A model generated the notes under the pieces. That model saw only the letters and a program-made list of their open reading frames with translations, was not told where the DNA came from and did no database searches. This document shows, in pieces, positions 33,290-42,080 of a stretch of 64,000 nucleotides of DNA. The translations under genes were made by a program, and so were the position numbers. Source of the stretch: Candidatus Kuenenia stuttgartensis (GTDB lineage: Bacteria > Planctomycetota > GCA-002687715 > CAIWVZ01); assembly GCA_945860915.1 (NCBI GenBank), contig CAMARR010000005.1, forward strand, positions 85,018-149,017, written 5' to 3'. The stretch's first letter is position 1; every line of letters starts with the position of its first letter.

Positions 33290-35101
33290 ATGACCACGGA
33301 CCGCCCGCAGGACCGCATTCGCAATTTCAGCATCATTGCGCATATTGACCATGGTAAGAGCACCTTGGCTGATCGGCTGCTGCAGATCACCAAGACGGTC
33401 GCCGACCGTGAAATGAAGGCGCAACTTCTTGATGACATGGATCTCGAGCGCGAGCGCGGCATCACGATCAAGGCCCGCGCCGTCCGGATGCGCTACAAAC
33501 TCGACGGAACCGATTATCAGATCAACCTGATCGACACGCCTGGACACGTTGACTTCACATACGAGGTCTCTCGCTCCCTCGCTGCGTGCGAAGGAGCGTT
33601 GCTTGTCGTCGACGCTGCACAGGGGATCGAAGCCCAAACCGTCGCGAACACCGACCTCGCGTTGCAGGGCAATCTCGAGATCATTCCTGTACTCAACAAA
33701 ATCGATCTACCCACGGCCCGCCCGCTCGAGGTGGCCGAGGAAATTGAGAATGTTCTCGCCATCCCCGCCCTCGACGCGAATCAAGTCTCGGCGAAGACGG
33801 GAATGGGCATCGAAGCGCTGATGGCCACCATCATCCGTCGCGTGCCTGCGCCGAAGGGCGATCCGAACGCGCCTCTCCGCGCGCTGGTCTTCGACGCCGT
33901 ATTCGACGACTACCGAGGCGTCATCATTTACATCCGAGTCGTTGATGGCCGCGTCCAACTTCGCGATCGCATCGAGCTCGCGTCAACCGGTGGTCGTTAC
34001 GAAGTACTTGAAGTCGGCGCGATGACGCCAAATCAGCTGCCGACAAAATCGCTCGAAACAGGCGAGGTCGGTTATCTCATCTGCAACATCAAGACGCTGT
34101 CGGATGTCCGCATCGGTGACACGGTCCGACCGATCGGTGTCGAAGTGGTACCGCTCGCAGGATACCGCGAGCCCCAACACGTCGTGTTCTGCGGCCTCTT
34201 CCCTACACAACACAACGATTTCGAGAACCTGCGAAAGGCACTCGAGAAACTGCACCTCAACGACTGCTCGTTCCGCTTCGAACCGGAAACCTCCGAAGCA
34301 CTGGGATTCGGATTCCGCTGCGGCTTCCTCGGCCTTCTTCACATGGAGATCGTCCAGGAGCGCCTTGAACGCGAGTCGGGCCTGTCCTTGGTCCAGACGG
34401 CGCCGAACGTCACCTTCGAGGTCGTTGACCGCGCGGGCCGCGTGGTTCAAATCAACAATCCTGCCGAGCTCCCTCCGGAAAGCGACATCGAGGAAATCCG
34501 GGAGCCCATGGTCTCCCTCAATGTTCTCGTGCCGGCGACCTGCATCGGGTCGGTGATGACGATCTGCATCGAGCGCCACGGCGAGTTCAAGAAAACCGAG
34601 TGGCTCTCGCCCGAGCGTGTTCTTCTGACATTCGAAATGCCGCTTGCCCAAATCATCTTCGATTTCTATGACAAGTTGAAGTCGTCAACCAAGGGTTACG
34701 GAACGATGAACTACCAGATCCTCGGCTATCGGGCCGCCGATCTGGTCAAACTTCGCATCCTCGTGAACGCGGGCGAGATCGATGCGCTCTCGTCCATCAT
34801 TCGCCGATCCGACGCCGATGCCTTCGGTCGAAGACTCCTCGCCAAACTTCGCGAGGAAATTCCGCGGCATATGTTCGAAGTTCCACTGCAAGCAGCCATC
34901 GGCGGACGCATCATTGCTCGCGAGACAATCAAAGCCTTCCGAAAGAACGTCACCGCGAAGTGCTACGGCGGCGACATCTCCCGAAAACGCAAACTCCTCG
35001 AGAAGCAAAAAGACGGCAAGCGTCGCATGAAGTCCGTGGGCAATGTGGAGATCCCACAGGCCGCATTCTTCGCTGCACTGAGACTCGACCAGGACGACTG
35101 A
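33290..35101 (+). CDS. lepA: Translation elongation factor 4 (LepA)
   Basis: 603 aa. [30 protein letters not shown] and NKID, plus the LepA-specific C-terminus. Confidence 0.97.
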   Translation: MTTDRPQDRIRNFSIIAHIDHGKSTLADRLLQITKTVADREMKAQLLDDMDLERERGITIKARAVRMRYKLDGTDYQINLIDTPGHVDFTYEVSRSLAACEGALLVVDAAQGIEAQTVANTDLALQGNLEIIPVLNKIDLPTARPLEVAEEIENVLAIPALDANQVSAKTGMGIEALMATIIRRVPAPKGDPNAPLRALVFDAVFDDYRGVIIYIRVVDGRVQLRDRIELASTGGRYEVLEVGAMTPNQLPTKSLETGEVGYLICNIKTLSDVRIGDTVRPIGVEVVPLAGYREPQHVVFCGLFPTQHNDFENLRKALEKLHLNDCSFRFEPETSEALGFGFRCGFLGLLHMEIVQERLERESGLSLVQTAPNVTFEVVDRAGRVVQINNPAELPPESDIEEIREPMVSLNVLVPATCIGSVMTICIERHGEFKKTEWLSPERVLLTFEMPLAQIIFDFYDKLKSSTKGYGTMNYQILGYRAADLVKLRILVNAGEIDALSSIIRRSDADAFGRRLLAKLREEIPRHMFEVPLQAAIGGRIIARETIKAFRKNVTAKCYGGDISRKRKLLEKQKDGKRRMKSVGNVEIPQAAFFAALRLDQDD

Positions 35102-36498
35102 TGCCTCCTAGGCCCCCCCGATCGCGCATCGTGGCAATTGCCCTTCGAGTGTTGGTCGTGCTCGTCCTCATCAAGTTCTTTGTCGTTGACTCGGTAGCTG
35201 TACGAACCCGCAGCATGGATCCAACCCTGCCGGCGCGTGCAAATTCACCCGAATCCGTCCTCATTGATCGAACCGCCGCGTGGCGCGATCCCGGCCGCTT
35301 CGACGTGGTGGTGTTTCGCTACCCAAACCACCAGTCCATTTCGTACGTGAAGCGAGTCATAGGCCTACCCGGAGAACAGATTGCGCTCCGTTGTGGCTTT
35401 GCATGGATGCTGCCTCCATCTGAAGTCGGCGACCTTGAGTCGGCTTGGCGCGCGGGCACCGTGAAGCTGCTACGCAAGCCACGCCCTCTCTGCGACGCAT
35501 TCCTATCTCGACTCCCGGTGGTAGATCCGTTGGATTTGCGCGGATTTACGCCATCAGCGTTCGATCGTCTGTGCGTAGTGGCACCTGAGGCTCGGGGGCG
35601 ACTCAAATTCACAGACGACTATGCGCTCGAAATCTCAGGACAACAGGCCACGCTCATCGAATGGAGAAAGTCTCCGGTCGATTCACTTCCCGATGTCGCC
35701 GCGCTCCTCGAGAGACGTGAGCCCTCTGCGCAGGAAACCGGCGGAGAGAATTTCGTATTCGGAGTCGCTGTCGGCGGTGTCGTCACTGCCTCAACTGATG
35801 CTCAAGCAGTGCTCGAGATCCGATTGCCGGATGCAATCCACCGGGTCCGCGCCCGTATCCCCGTCGAGGGGGCAATGACCATCGAGATCGACGGCGCGGT
35901 TGTCGCAACGGCGCCGACATTGTTGATGGCCGGTGTGCCTACTCTGGTGAGACTCGACACGTGTGATGCAACCGCGACCCTTCGTGTTGGTGACGCCGAT
36001 GTCCTAAGTGCAGACTTGACCATCGTGCCGAGGGAATCGCCCCGACGTGTGGGTGCTGCAGCTGCCTTTGGATCCGCGGGGGGCACCTGTCGGTTCACCC
36101 GTCCGATCTTCGCGCGCGACCTCTATTGGCGAGACGATGGCCTCTCGCGATTCGAGATTCCCAGAGACCAAATCATGGTGCTCGGCGATCACCCCGCAGC
36201 CAGCGCAGACAGCCGACATTGGAAACGGCTCTACGTTAGAGACCTGCGCGATGGGAGCATCTTTGCGGGCGACGTGCGGACCCGCCATGTAGGGTCAGAC
36301 GCCGAGGGACCCAATCCAGCCTCCAACGAGGATGGCACGATGGAATTCACAGATATCACGGGTGATGTCCATAAAGCTCCCATGGGGACATTCGAGGTGG
36401 TCGGCAGCGAGATCACCCCCTTCGTGCCGTTGAAGGCGCTTCGCGGGCGGGCGTTTGCTATCGCCTGGCCACTGAGCCACACGAGTTGGATCGAATAG
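35101..36498 (+). CDS. lepB: Signal peptidase I, enlarged (465 aa)
   Basis: The ATG at 35101 shares 1 nt with the lepA TGA. One TM helix, Ser box RSMDPTLP, Lys box YVKRVIGLPGEQI and box E VLGDHPAASADSRHW. About 290 aa separate the Lys box from box E. Confidence 0.88.
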   Translation: MPPRPPRSRIVAIALRVLVVLVLIKFFVVDSVAVRTRSMDPTLPARANSPESVLIDRTAAWRDPGRFDVVVFRYPNHQSISYVKRVIGLPGEQIALRCGFAWMLPPSEVGDLESAWRAGTVKLLRKPRPLCDAFLSRLPVVDPLDLRGFTPSAFDRLCVVAPEARGRLKFTDDYALEISGQQATLIEWRKSPVDSLPDVAALLERREPSAQETGGENFVFGVAVGGVVTASTDAQAVLEIRLPDAIHRVRARIPVEGAMTIEIDGAVVATAPTLLMAGVPTLVRLDTCDATATLRVGDADVLSADLTIVPRESPRRVGAAAAFGSAGGTCRFTRPIFARDLYWRDDGLSRFEIPRDQIMVLGDHPAASADSRHWKRLYVRDLRDGSIFAGDVRTRHVGSDAEGPNPASNEDGTMEFTDITGDVHKAPMGTFEVVGSEITPFVPLKALRGRAFAIAWPLSHTSWIE

Positions 36499-36553
36499 CC
36501 CCTTCCCGCCGCGCTCCCGAAGGCGCATCCTGTGGACGTTCCTGAGCCGCCCA

Positions 36554-38107
36554 ATGTCCCAACACGCATCTGCATCACCGTCAAAGACCTCGCTTTTCCG
36601 AGCCTTCATCGAGGGGCTCATGTTCAGGAAGGTAGCGGCGCCCGAGCGAGCCGAGATGGGCGTCGTGCGATCGAACCTCGAAGGCTTCGCGGTCGCGATC
36701 GCGATGGCGCTGCTTCTTAAGCAGTTCTACTTCGACACGTTCACCGTTCCGACAGGTTCGATGGAGCCCACCATCATTGGACGCCCCGGTTTCTTCGAGG
36801 GCGATCGGCTCCTTGTCGATCGGGCTTCCATCCCTCCCGATCGCTATTCCGTCACGGTCTTCCGATACCCGCTCTCGCGCCTTATGAACTACGTCAAGCG
36901 TGCAGTCGGCACGCCCGGGGAATCCATCAAGATTTGGAAGGGTCAAGTTTTCGCAAAGACGGGCGATGGTCCGTATCTCATTACGCGCAAGCCTGAAGGC
37001 ATTCAGGAAGCGATCTTCCGCAACAATCCCGTCGCCCCGCCGGAAGCTCGTGAGTCGTTCCGTGCAGTGACTTTCTTCAACTACTGGGAAGTGAAGACCG
37101 GTAACCCGCAATTCCCGGGTGACGGCACGATCACAATCGAGTCCAATAAAGGCGACGATCGCTGGATCGCTTCGAAATTCCGAGTTGACGATCGTCGCCG
37201 TGACATTTGGGCACCATCTGAGCACGAGCAACTCATGGCCGGGCCGTTCGACGACACCGCCGATCTCCGTCTCTCGACCGTGGTTACCCCATCGGCTGGC
37301 AGCGATCTCATCATTCTCGACATCGTGGATCCCGTCATCCCCGACCGTGCGATTCGAGCAGAAGTTGCCGTTGAAGGCTCTTCATCGTCCACGCGGCTTA
37401 TTCTCGGATTCGAAGACATCGCCAAGGGCTCTTGTGCACTGGTCCGAATCCCCGCAGGCAAAGCGTCGCGCGTCTCATTCGACCACGTCGATGCGATCAT
37501 GACCCTGCGTATTAATGGCAACATCGTCGGTCGCGCGACCTACGAGGTTACCCCCATCGATCCGCAACGACTCGGCGCGGCGGCCCGAGCGCGTTTCGGA
37601 GTTCGGAGTGGCAAGGTCATCGTTTCCGAACTCAACGTACAACGCGACACCTACTATCGCGCCCTCGACAATGGCATCACCGAATTCACTGTCCCGGACG
37701 GGCATTGGTTCATGATGGGCGACAATCCACGAGGTTCTCTAGACTCCCGTGGGTGGCGCAAATCTCGAATCCGATTAACGGATGGGCGCATTTTGGAAGG
37801 CGACGCCGAGGCCGTCTCGGATCGGCCGGACGTTCCGCGGTCACGGTCCAACCCATTCCCTGTGAAAGAAGCGGGTGAATTCCGCTTCGTCGATACAGAA
37901 GGCAACCTTTGGCACCTCAAGCCGGGTGAGTGGGATCTCCTCGATGCGACGTCGGGAGAAGTCAAGCTGGCAAAGGTGACCGAATTGACCGACATCCCAG
38001 ACTACGCGTCGGCATGTGCGTATGCGCCATTTGTTCCGACGGATCATCTCGTGGGACAACCGGCATTGACGTTCTGGCCCCCGGCTCGATGGGGCTTCGT
38101 CCGATGA
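36554..38107 (+). CDS. lepB: Signal peptidase I, second enlarged paralog (517 aa)
   Basis: GSMEPTIIG, YVKRAVGTPGESIKI and MMGDNPRGSLDSRGW boxes. Large insert between the Lys box and box E. Confidence 0.88.
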   Translation: MSQHASASPSKTSLFRAFIEGLMFRKVAAPERAEMGVVRSNLEGFAVAIAMALLLKQFYFDTFTVPTGSMEPTIIGRPGFFEGDRLLVDRASIPPDRYSVTVFRYPLSRLMNYVKRAVGTPGESIKIWKGQVFAKTGDGPYLITRKPEGIQEAIFRNNPVAPPEARESFRAVTFFNYWEVKTGNPQFPGDGTITIESNKGDDRWIASKFRVDDRRRDIWAPSEHEQLMAGPFDDTADLRLSTVVTPSAGSDLIILDIVDPVIPDRAIRAEVAVEGSSSSTRLILGFEDIAKGSCALVRIPAGKASRVSFDHVDAIMTLRINGNIVGRATYEVTPIDPQRLGAAARARFGVRSGKVIVSELNVQRDTYYRALDNGITEFTVPDGHWFMMGDNPRGSLDSRGWRKSRIRLTDGRILEGDAEAVSDRPDVPRSRSNPFPVKEAGEFRFVDTEGNLWHLKPGEWDLLDATSGEVKLAKVTELTDIPDYASACAYAPFVPTDHLVGQPALTFWPPARWGFVR

Positions 38108-38871
38108 ACCAGGTGGTGCTTTCTGCCGATGGACTGCGCAAGCGCTACGGGTCGCGCACCGTGGTGGACGGCGTGAATTTCAACGTATCGCGCGGCGAGA
38201 TCGTCGGACTCCTCGGCCCGAATGGAGCGGGAAAGACGACTACTTTCAAAATGCTGATGGGGCTCGTCCGCCCCGATTCAGGCGAGGTCGTTCTTGATGG
38301 CCGCCAGATAACCCGAGAGCCGGTTCATGTTCGCGCTCGACTAGGCCTCGGCTACCTCGCTCAAGAACCGAGCATCTTTCGAAGCCTAAGCGTCGCCGAA
38401 AACGTCGTGTCTGTTCTAGAGTGGATCCCAGGGATACCGAGCTCGGGGAGGCTAACCCGAGCGCACGAGCTTCTTGAAGAGCTCGGGATTTCACACCTTG
38501 CAGGGCAATTGGCCGGCACGCTTTCCGGTGGAGAGCGCCGGCGACTTGAGCTGTGTCGCGTCCTTGCCCTGACCCCGAAAGTGATCCTTCTGGACGAGCC
38601 GTTCAGCGGTGTCGATCCGAAGGCCGTCGAGGAAATCCAAGCCCTCATGCACCAGATGAAAAACCGGGGCATCGGGATCGTCCTTACGGATCACAACGCC
38701 CACGAAACGCTAGCGATTACAAACCGAAGCTATGTCATTGCTGCGGGTACGATCGTAGCTCAGGGTACCCCTTCGACCCTGGCCGCCGACCCAATGGTCC
38801 GGCACGTCTACCTCGGCGACACCTTTAGTTTGAAGAGGGTCAGCGCTCCCGAAATGCCACGCACCGACTGA
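38104..38871 (+). CDS. lptB: LPS export ABC transporter ATP-binding protein
   Basis: ATG at 38104 (ATGA overlap with the preceding stop). MNQVVLSADGLRKRYGSRTVVDGVNF..GEIVGLLGPNGAGKTTTF, LSGGERRRLE. Size of 255 aa is typical of LptB. Confidence 0.88.
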   Translation: MNQVVLSADGLRKRYGSRTVVDGVNFNVSRGEIVGLLGPNGAGKTTTFKMLMGLVRPDSGEVVLDGRQITREPVHVRARLGLGYLAQEPSIFRSLSVAENVVSVLEWIPGIPSSGRLTRAHELLEELGISHLAGQLAGTLSGGERRRLELCRVLALTPKVILLDEPFSGVDPKAVEEIQALMHQMKNRGIGIVLTDHNAHETLAITNRSYVIAAGTIVAQGTPSTLAADPMVRHVYLGDTFSLKRVSAPEMPRTD

Positions 38872-38973
38872 GGTCGCCGCCGACATCCGCGTCGCAAGTT
38901 GAGTTGCGAACGCGCGGACGATCGCTCGCGAATTCCCGTTTGTGAAGATACCTTGGCGTTCCCCGGTTTGGGC

Positions 38974-39002
38974 GTGACAAGTGGCCCGTCATCCCCTATG
39001 AT
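38974..39002 (+). promoter_or_regulatory. Sigma70-like promoter candidate for the HD-GYP regulator
   Basis: GTGACA (38974-38979), 17-nt spacer, TATGAT (38997-39002), about 105 nt upstream of the ATG at 39109. Confidence 0.35.
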
Positions 39003-39108
39003 GACCGCGCAACTTGATCGGTCACCACCCGGTTTAGCTGCGTGCTTACGCGTCCGACACTCTCCTCGCCCAACGGATCGAATCAGACGCATCGGAGTTC
39101 GACCCCAC

Positions 39109-40158
39109 ATGTCGGCAACCCCAAAGTCCACCGTGACCGATCGCTCGCGCGCTGCGCGCGCCGTCGTCACGCCATCCCGGGTCCTGATCGTTGATGACGA
39201 ACCCGGCATTCGTCGGCCGCTCGCAATGTACTTGGAGGCACAGGGTTACGAAGTGCGTGACGCCGACAACGTGGCGTCGGCGCTCGCGATGTTCGAGAGC
39301 GAGCAGTTCAGCGTGGTGATCTCTGACATTGCCATGCCGGGCAAGGATGGCATCGAGTTTCTTGAGTGGATCAAGTCGCGCGACCCGGACATCGAAGTGA
39401 TCATGATCACGGGCTACCTCGACATTCAGTACGCGATCAAGGCGCTGAAGCGCGGTGCGTTCGATTTCTTCATGAAGCCTTTTGACTACGATCGACTGAT
39501 CGTTGCTATTCAACGGGCGGAAGAACGACGCGCACTTAAGCGGAGCGCTCGCGAAACTGAGCATCTTCGCATCGAACAAGCTGCCATGGCGAAGGCCGTG
39601 CTCGAGACGACGCTCGGATTCGCTCGTGCCGTCGAGGAACGCGATCGCTGCAATATCGGACATGGCCAGCGCACTGCGACACTCGCCGCGATGCTCGGAG
39701 GGGCAATCGGTCTTGACGAACCGCACCTACAGCGCCTTCGCAACGCCGCACTGCTACATGACGTGGGCAAGATCGCCATCGACGACGCCATCTTGAACAA
39801 GCCAGGTCGCCTCACTCCAGAGGAGTTCGCGATGATTCGTCGCCATGCCGAGATTGGCGACTACATGCTGTCGCCGATCTCGTTCTTAGGTGAAATCCGC
39901 AAGGCCGTCCGTCACCACCATGAGCGCTATGACGGGACGGGATACCCCGACGGTCTGAAGGGCGAAGACATCCCGCTCGACGCACGCATCCTCAATATCG
40001 CGGACTACTTCGATTCGATAACTTCGACTCGTCCATACCGCGAACCAATGACCGTCGACGAGGCGGAATCGACGATGCGCGCCGATGCGGTGGCATTCGA
40101 TCCCAAGCTGCTTGAGCTCTTTCTCGAGAGGGTCCGAACAGCCCTCGCGGAGACGTAG
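39109..40158 (+). CDS. Response regulator with HD-GYP (c-di-GMP phosphodiesterase-type) output domain
   Basis: Trimmed to the ATG at 39109. REC domain (RVLIVDDEPGIR...VISDIAMPGKDG...ITGY), then HD-GYP (LLHDVGKIAI..., HHERYDGTGYPDGL). Confidence 0.88.
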   Translation: MSATPKSTVTDRSRAARAVVTPSRVLIVDDEPGIRRPLAMYLEAQGYEVRDADNVASALAMFESEQFSVVISDIAMPGKDGIEFLEWIKSRDPDIEVIMITGYLDIQYAIKALKRGAFDFFMKPFDYDRLIVAIQRAEERRALKRSARETEHLRIEQAAMAKAVLETTLGFARAVEERDRCNIGHGQRTATLAAMLGGAIGLDEPHLQRLRNAALLHDVGKIAIDDAILNKPGRLTPEEFAMIRRHAEIGDYMLSPISFLGEIRKAVRHHHERYDGTGYPDGLKGEDIPLDARILNIADYFDSITSTRPYREPMTVDEAESTMRADAVAFDPKLLELFLERVRTALAET

Positions 40159-40263
40159 TTTCTGGCGTAGTTGCCTCCGAGGGGTCTCCCTCCTATCGTG
40201 CGGGGCTGCTTTCCGGTCATTGGACGGCAGCATGGCCATTCAGACTGGCCGCCTCACCTACCG

Positions 40264-41013
40264 ATGAAGATCATAGTTTGCCTCTGCCGGGTGCCCGATA
40301 CGGCCACCCGCATCGTTATTGGCGCGTCCCAAACGACCATCGAGACTCAGGGCGTGCAGTACATCATCAATCCATTCGATGAGTTTGCCCTCGAGGAAGC
40401 CATTCGACTTAAGGAGAAGATCCCGGGCTCCACCGTGATGGTATTAACCGTCGGTAAGGAGGACGCGCAGAAAGACCTAAAGACTGCGCTCGCGAAGGGC
40501 GCGGATGAAGCCATCATCATTAAGGCGGATGGCCCACTCGACTCACTCGCCATCGCTCGGCTCCTCGCGGACACGATCACTGCCGCAGGCGGTGCCGATG
40601 CGGTGTGGTGTGGCAAGCAATCTGTCGAGGACGATGCGGCAGCCGTCGGCCCTATGTTGGCCGCCATGCTTGACATCCCATGTGTTACCCGCCTCATTGG
40701 ATTCGAAGGCGATGCCGCAGGATTCACCGCGACTCGCGAAGTCGAAGGTGGTCGTGAGTCCGCCAAGGGATCTTTTCCTTGCGTGTTCACCGCGGACAAG
40801 GGTTTGAACAAACCCCGCCAGGCGGGGCTCAAAGAGATCATGGCCGCCGGCAAGAAGCCACTCAGAACTCAGGCGGGATCGGCCCAACCAGGATCGAACG
40901 TTCTGCAAATGGTGTTGCCGGCAGATCGGGCCGCCGGGCGCATCGTCGGAGAGGGCGTCGCAGCGGTTGCGCCTGTCGTAGACCTGCTCCGCAATGAAGC
41001 GAAGGTAATCTGA
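40264..41013 (+). CDS. etfB: Electron transfer flavoprotein subunit beta
   Basis: Trimmed to the ATG at 40264 (MKIIVCLCRVPDTATRIVI...NPFDEFALEEA...), a typical EtfB N-terminus. Confidence 0.9.
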   Translation: MKIIVCLCRVPDTATRIVIGASQTTIETQGVQYIINPFDEFALEEAIRLKEKIPGSTVMVLTVGKEDAQKDLKTALAKGADEAIIIKADGPLDSLAIARLLADTITAAGGADAVWCGKQSVEDDAAAVGPMLAAMLDIPCVTRLIGFEGDAAGFTATREVEGGRESAKGSFPCVFTADKGLNKPRQAGLKEIMAAGKKPLRTQAGSAQPGSNVLQMVLPADRAAGRIVGEGVAAVAPVVDLLRNEAKVI

Positions 41014-41020
41014 GAACGTC

Positions 41021-42010
41021 ATGAATCACGGAATTTTGGTGTGGCTTGAAGTGCGAGACGGTGTGTTCCGCAAGGCTTCGATTGAGGCTCTCGCGGCGGC
41101 GCGTAGCCTCGCGACAACCTTGGGCGGCGACGTCATCGGGGCGGTCACCGGGTCCGGGGTCTCGGACCTCGCCGCGACAGCCGGGACGTTCGGCGCTGAC
41201 CGCGTCCTAGTAATGGATCAGGGGTTCCTAGCAAAGCCCACCATCGAGGGTCACGGGCGGGCTCTGGCGCAACTTTCGACGCATTCGAACGCTTCCGTCA
41301 TTATCGCCGCCGGAACTCTGAACGGCCGTGACGTCGCGGCCTATGCCGCCGCCCGACTCGGAGCGGGCTATATTGCGGACTGCACGGCGCTACGCCACGA
41401 AGGGGCTCGTCTCCTCGCAACACGTCCCGTTTTCGCCGGGAAAGCCATCACAACGGTCACCACCACCACTTCGATCTCCGTGGTGACGGTTCGTCCCAAG
41501 TCCTATGACGCAATGCCGCCAAGCCCAGGCAAGACGGTCTCGGTCGAGACGGTGTCGCCCGCATTCGACGCAGCCCTCGCTCGGGCGGTCGCAGAAGCCA
41601 TCGTCGGTAATGCAACCGGCACTCTCGATGTATCGGAAGCCGATGTCGTGGTCAGCGGCGGACGCGGACTGGGCAGTCCTGAGGGCTTCAAGCCTCTCGA
41701 GGAACTTGCGGCGGTTTTGGGTGGCGCGGTAGGCGCCTCGCGCGCGGTCGTCGACGCCGGGTGGCGCGACCACGCGGCCCAAATCGGCCAAACAGGAAAG
41801 ACCGTGGCGCCATCCCTGTACATCGCCTGTGGCATCTCCGGAGCCATCCAGCACCTCGCCGGGATGCGCACGAGCCGTGTGATCGTCGCTATCAATCGCG
41901 ACCCGGAGGCCCCGATCTTCAAGGTAGCGACCTATGGAATCGTTGGGGACGTGACCGACGTGGTTCCCGCGCTGACCAAGGCCTTTAGGTCGGCCCTCGC
42001 GTCCCGGTAG
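41021..42010 (+). CDS. etfA: Electron transfer flavoprotein subunit alpha
   Basis: 329 aa. The C-terminal FAD-binding block ...[27 protein letters not shown]... is diagnostic of EtfA. Confidence 0.92.
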   Translation: MNHGILVWLEVRDGVFRKASIEALAAARSLATTLGGDVIGAVTGSGVSDLAATAGTFGADRVLVMDQGFLAKPTIEGHGRALAQLSTHSNASVIIAAGTLNGRDVAAYAAARLGAGYIADCTALRHEGARLLATRPVFAGKAITTVTTTTSISVVTVRPKSYDAMPPSPGKTVSVETVSPAFDAALARAVAEAIVGNATGTLDVSEADVVVSGGRGLGSPEGFKPLEELAAVLGGAVGASRAVVDAGWRDHAAQIGQTGKTVAPSLYIACGISGAIQHLAGMRTSRVIVAINRDPEAPIFKVATYGIVGDVTDVVPALTKAFRSALASR

Positions 42011-42080
42011 TCCGGAAGTTTCCGCAACGCGCGCCGCCCGTCTCCACGACCGGCCGCGCGCGTGCTACGTTCCGGGTGCC

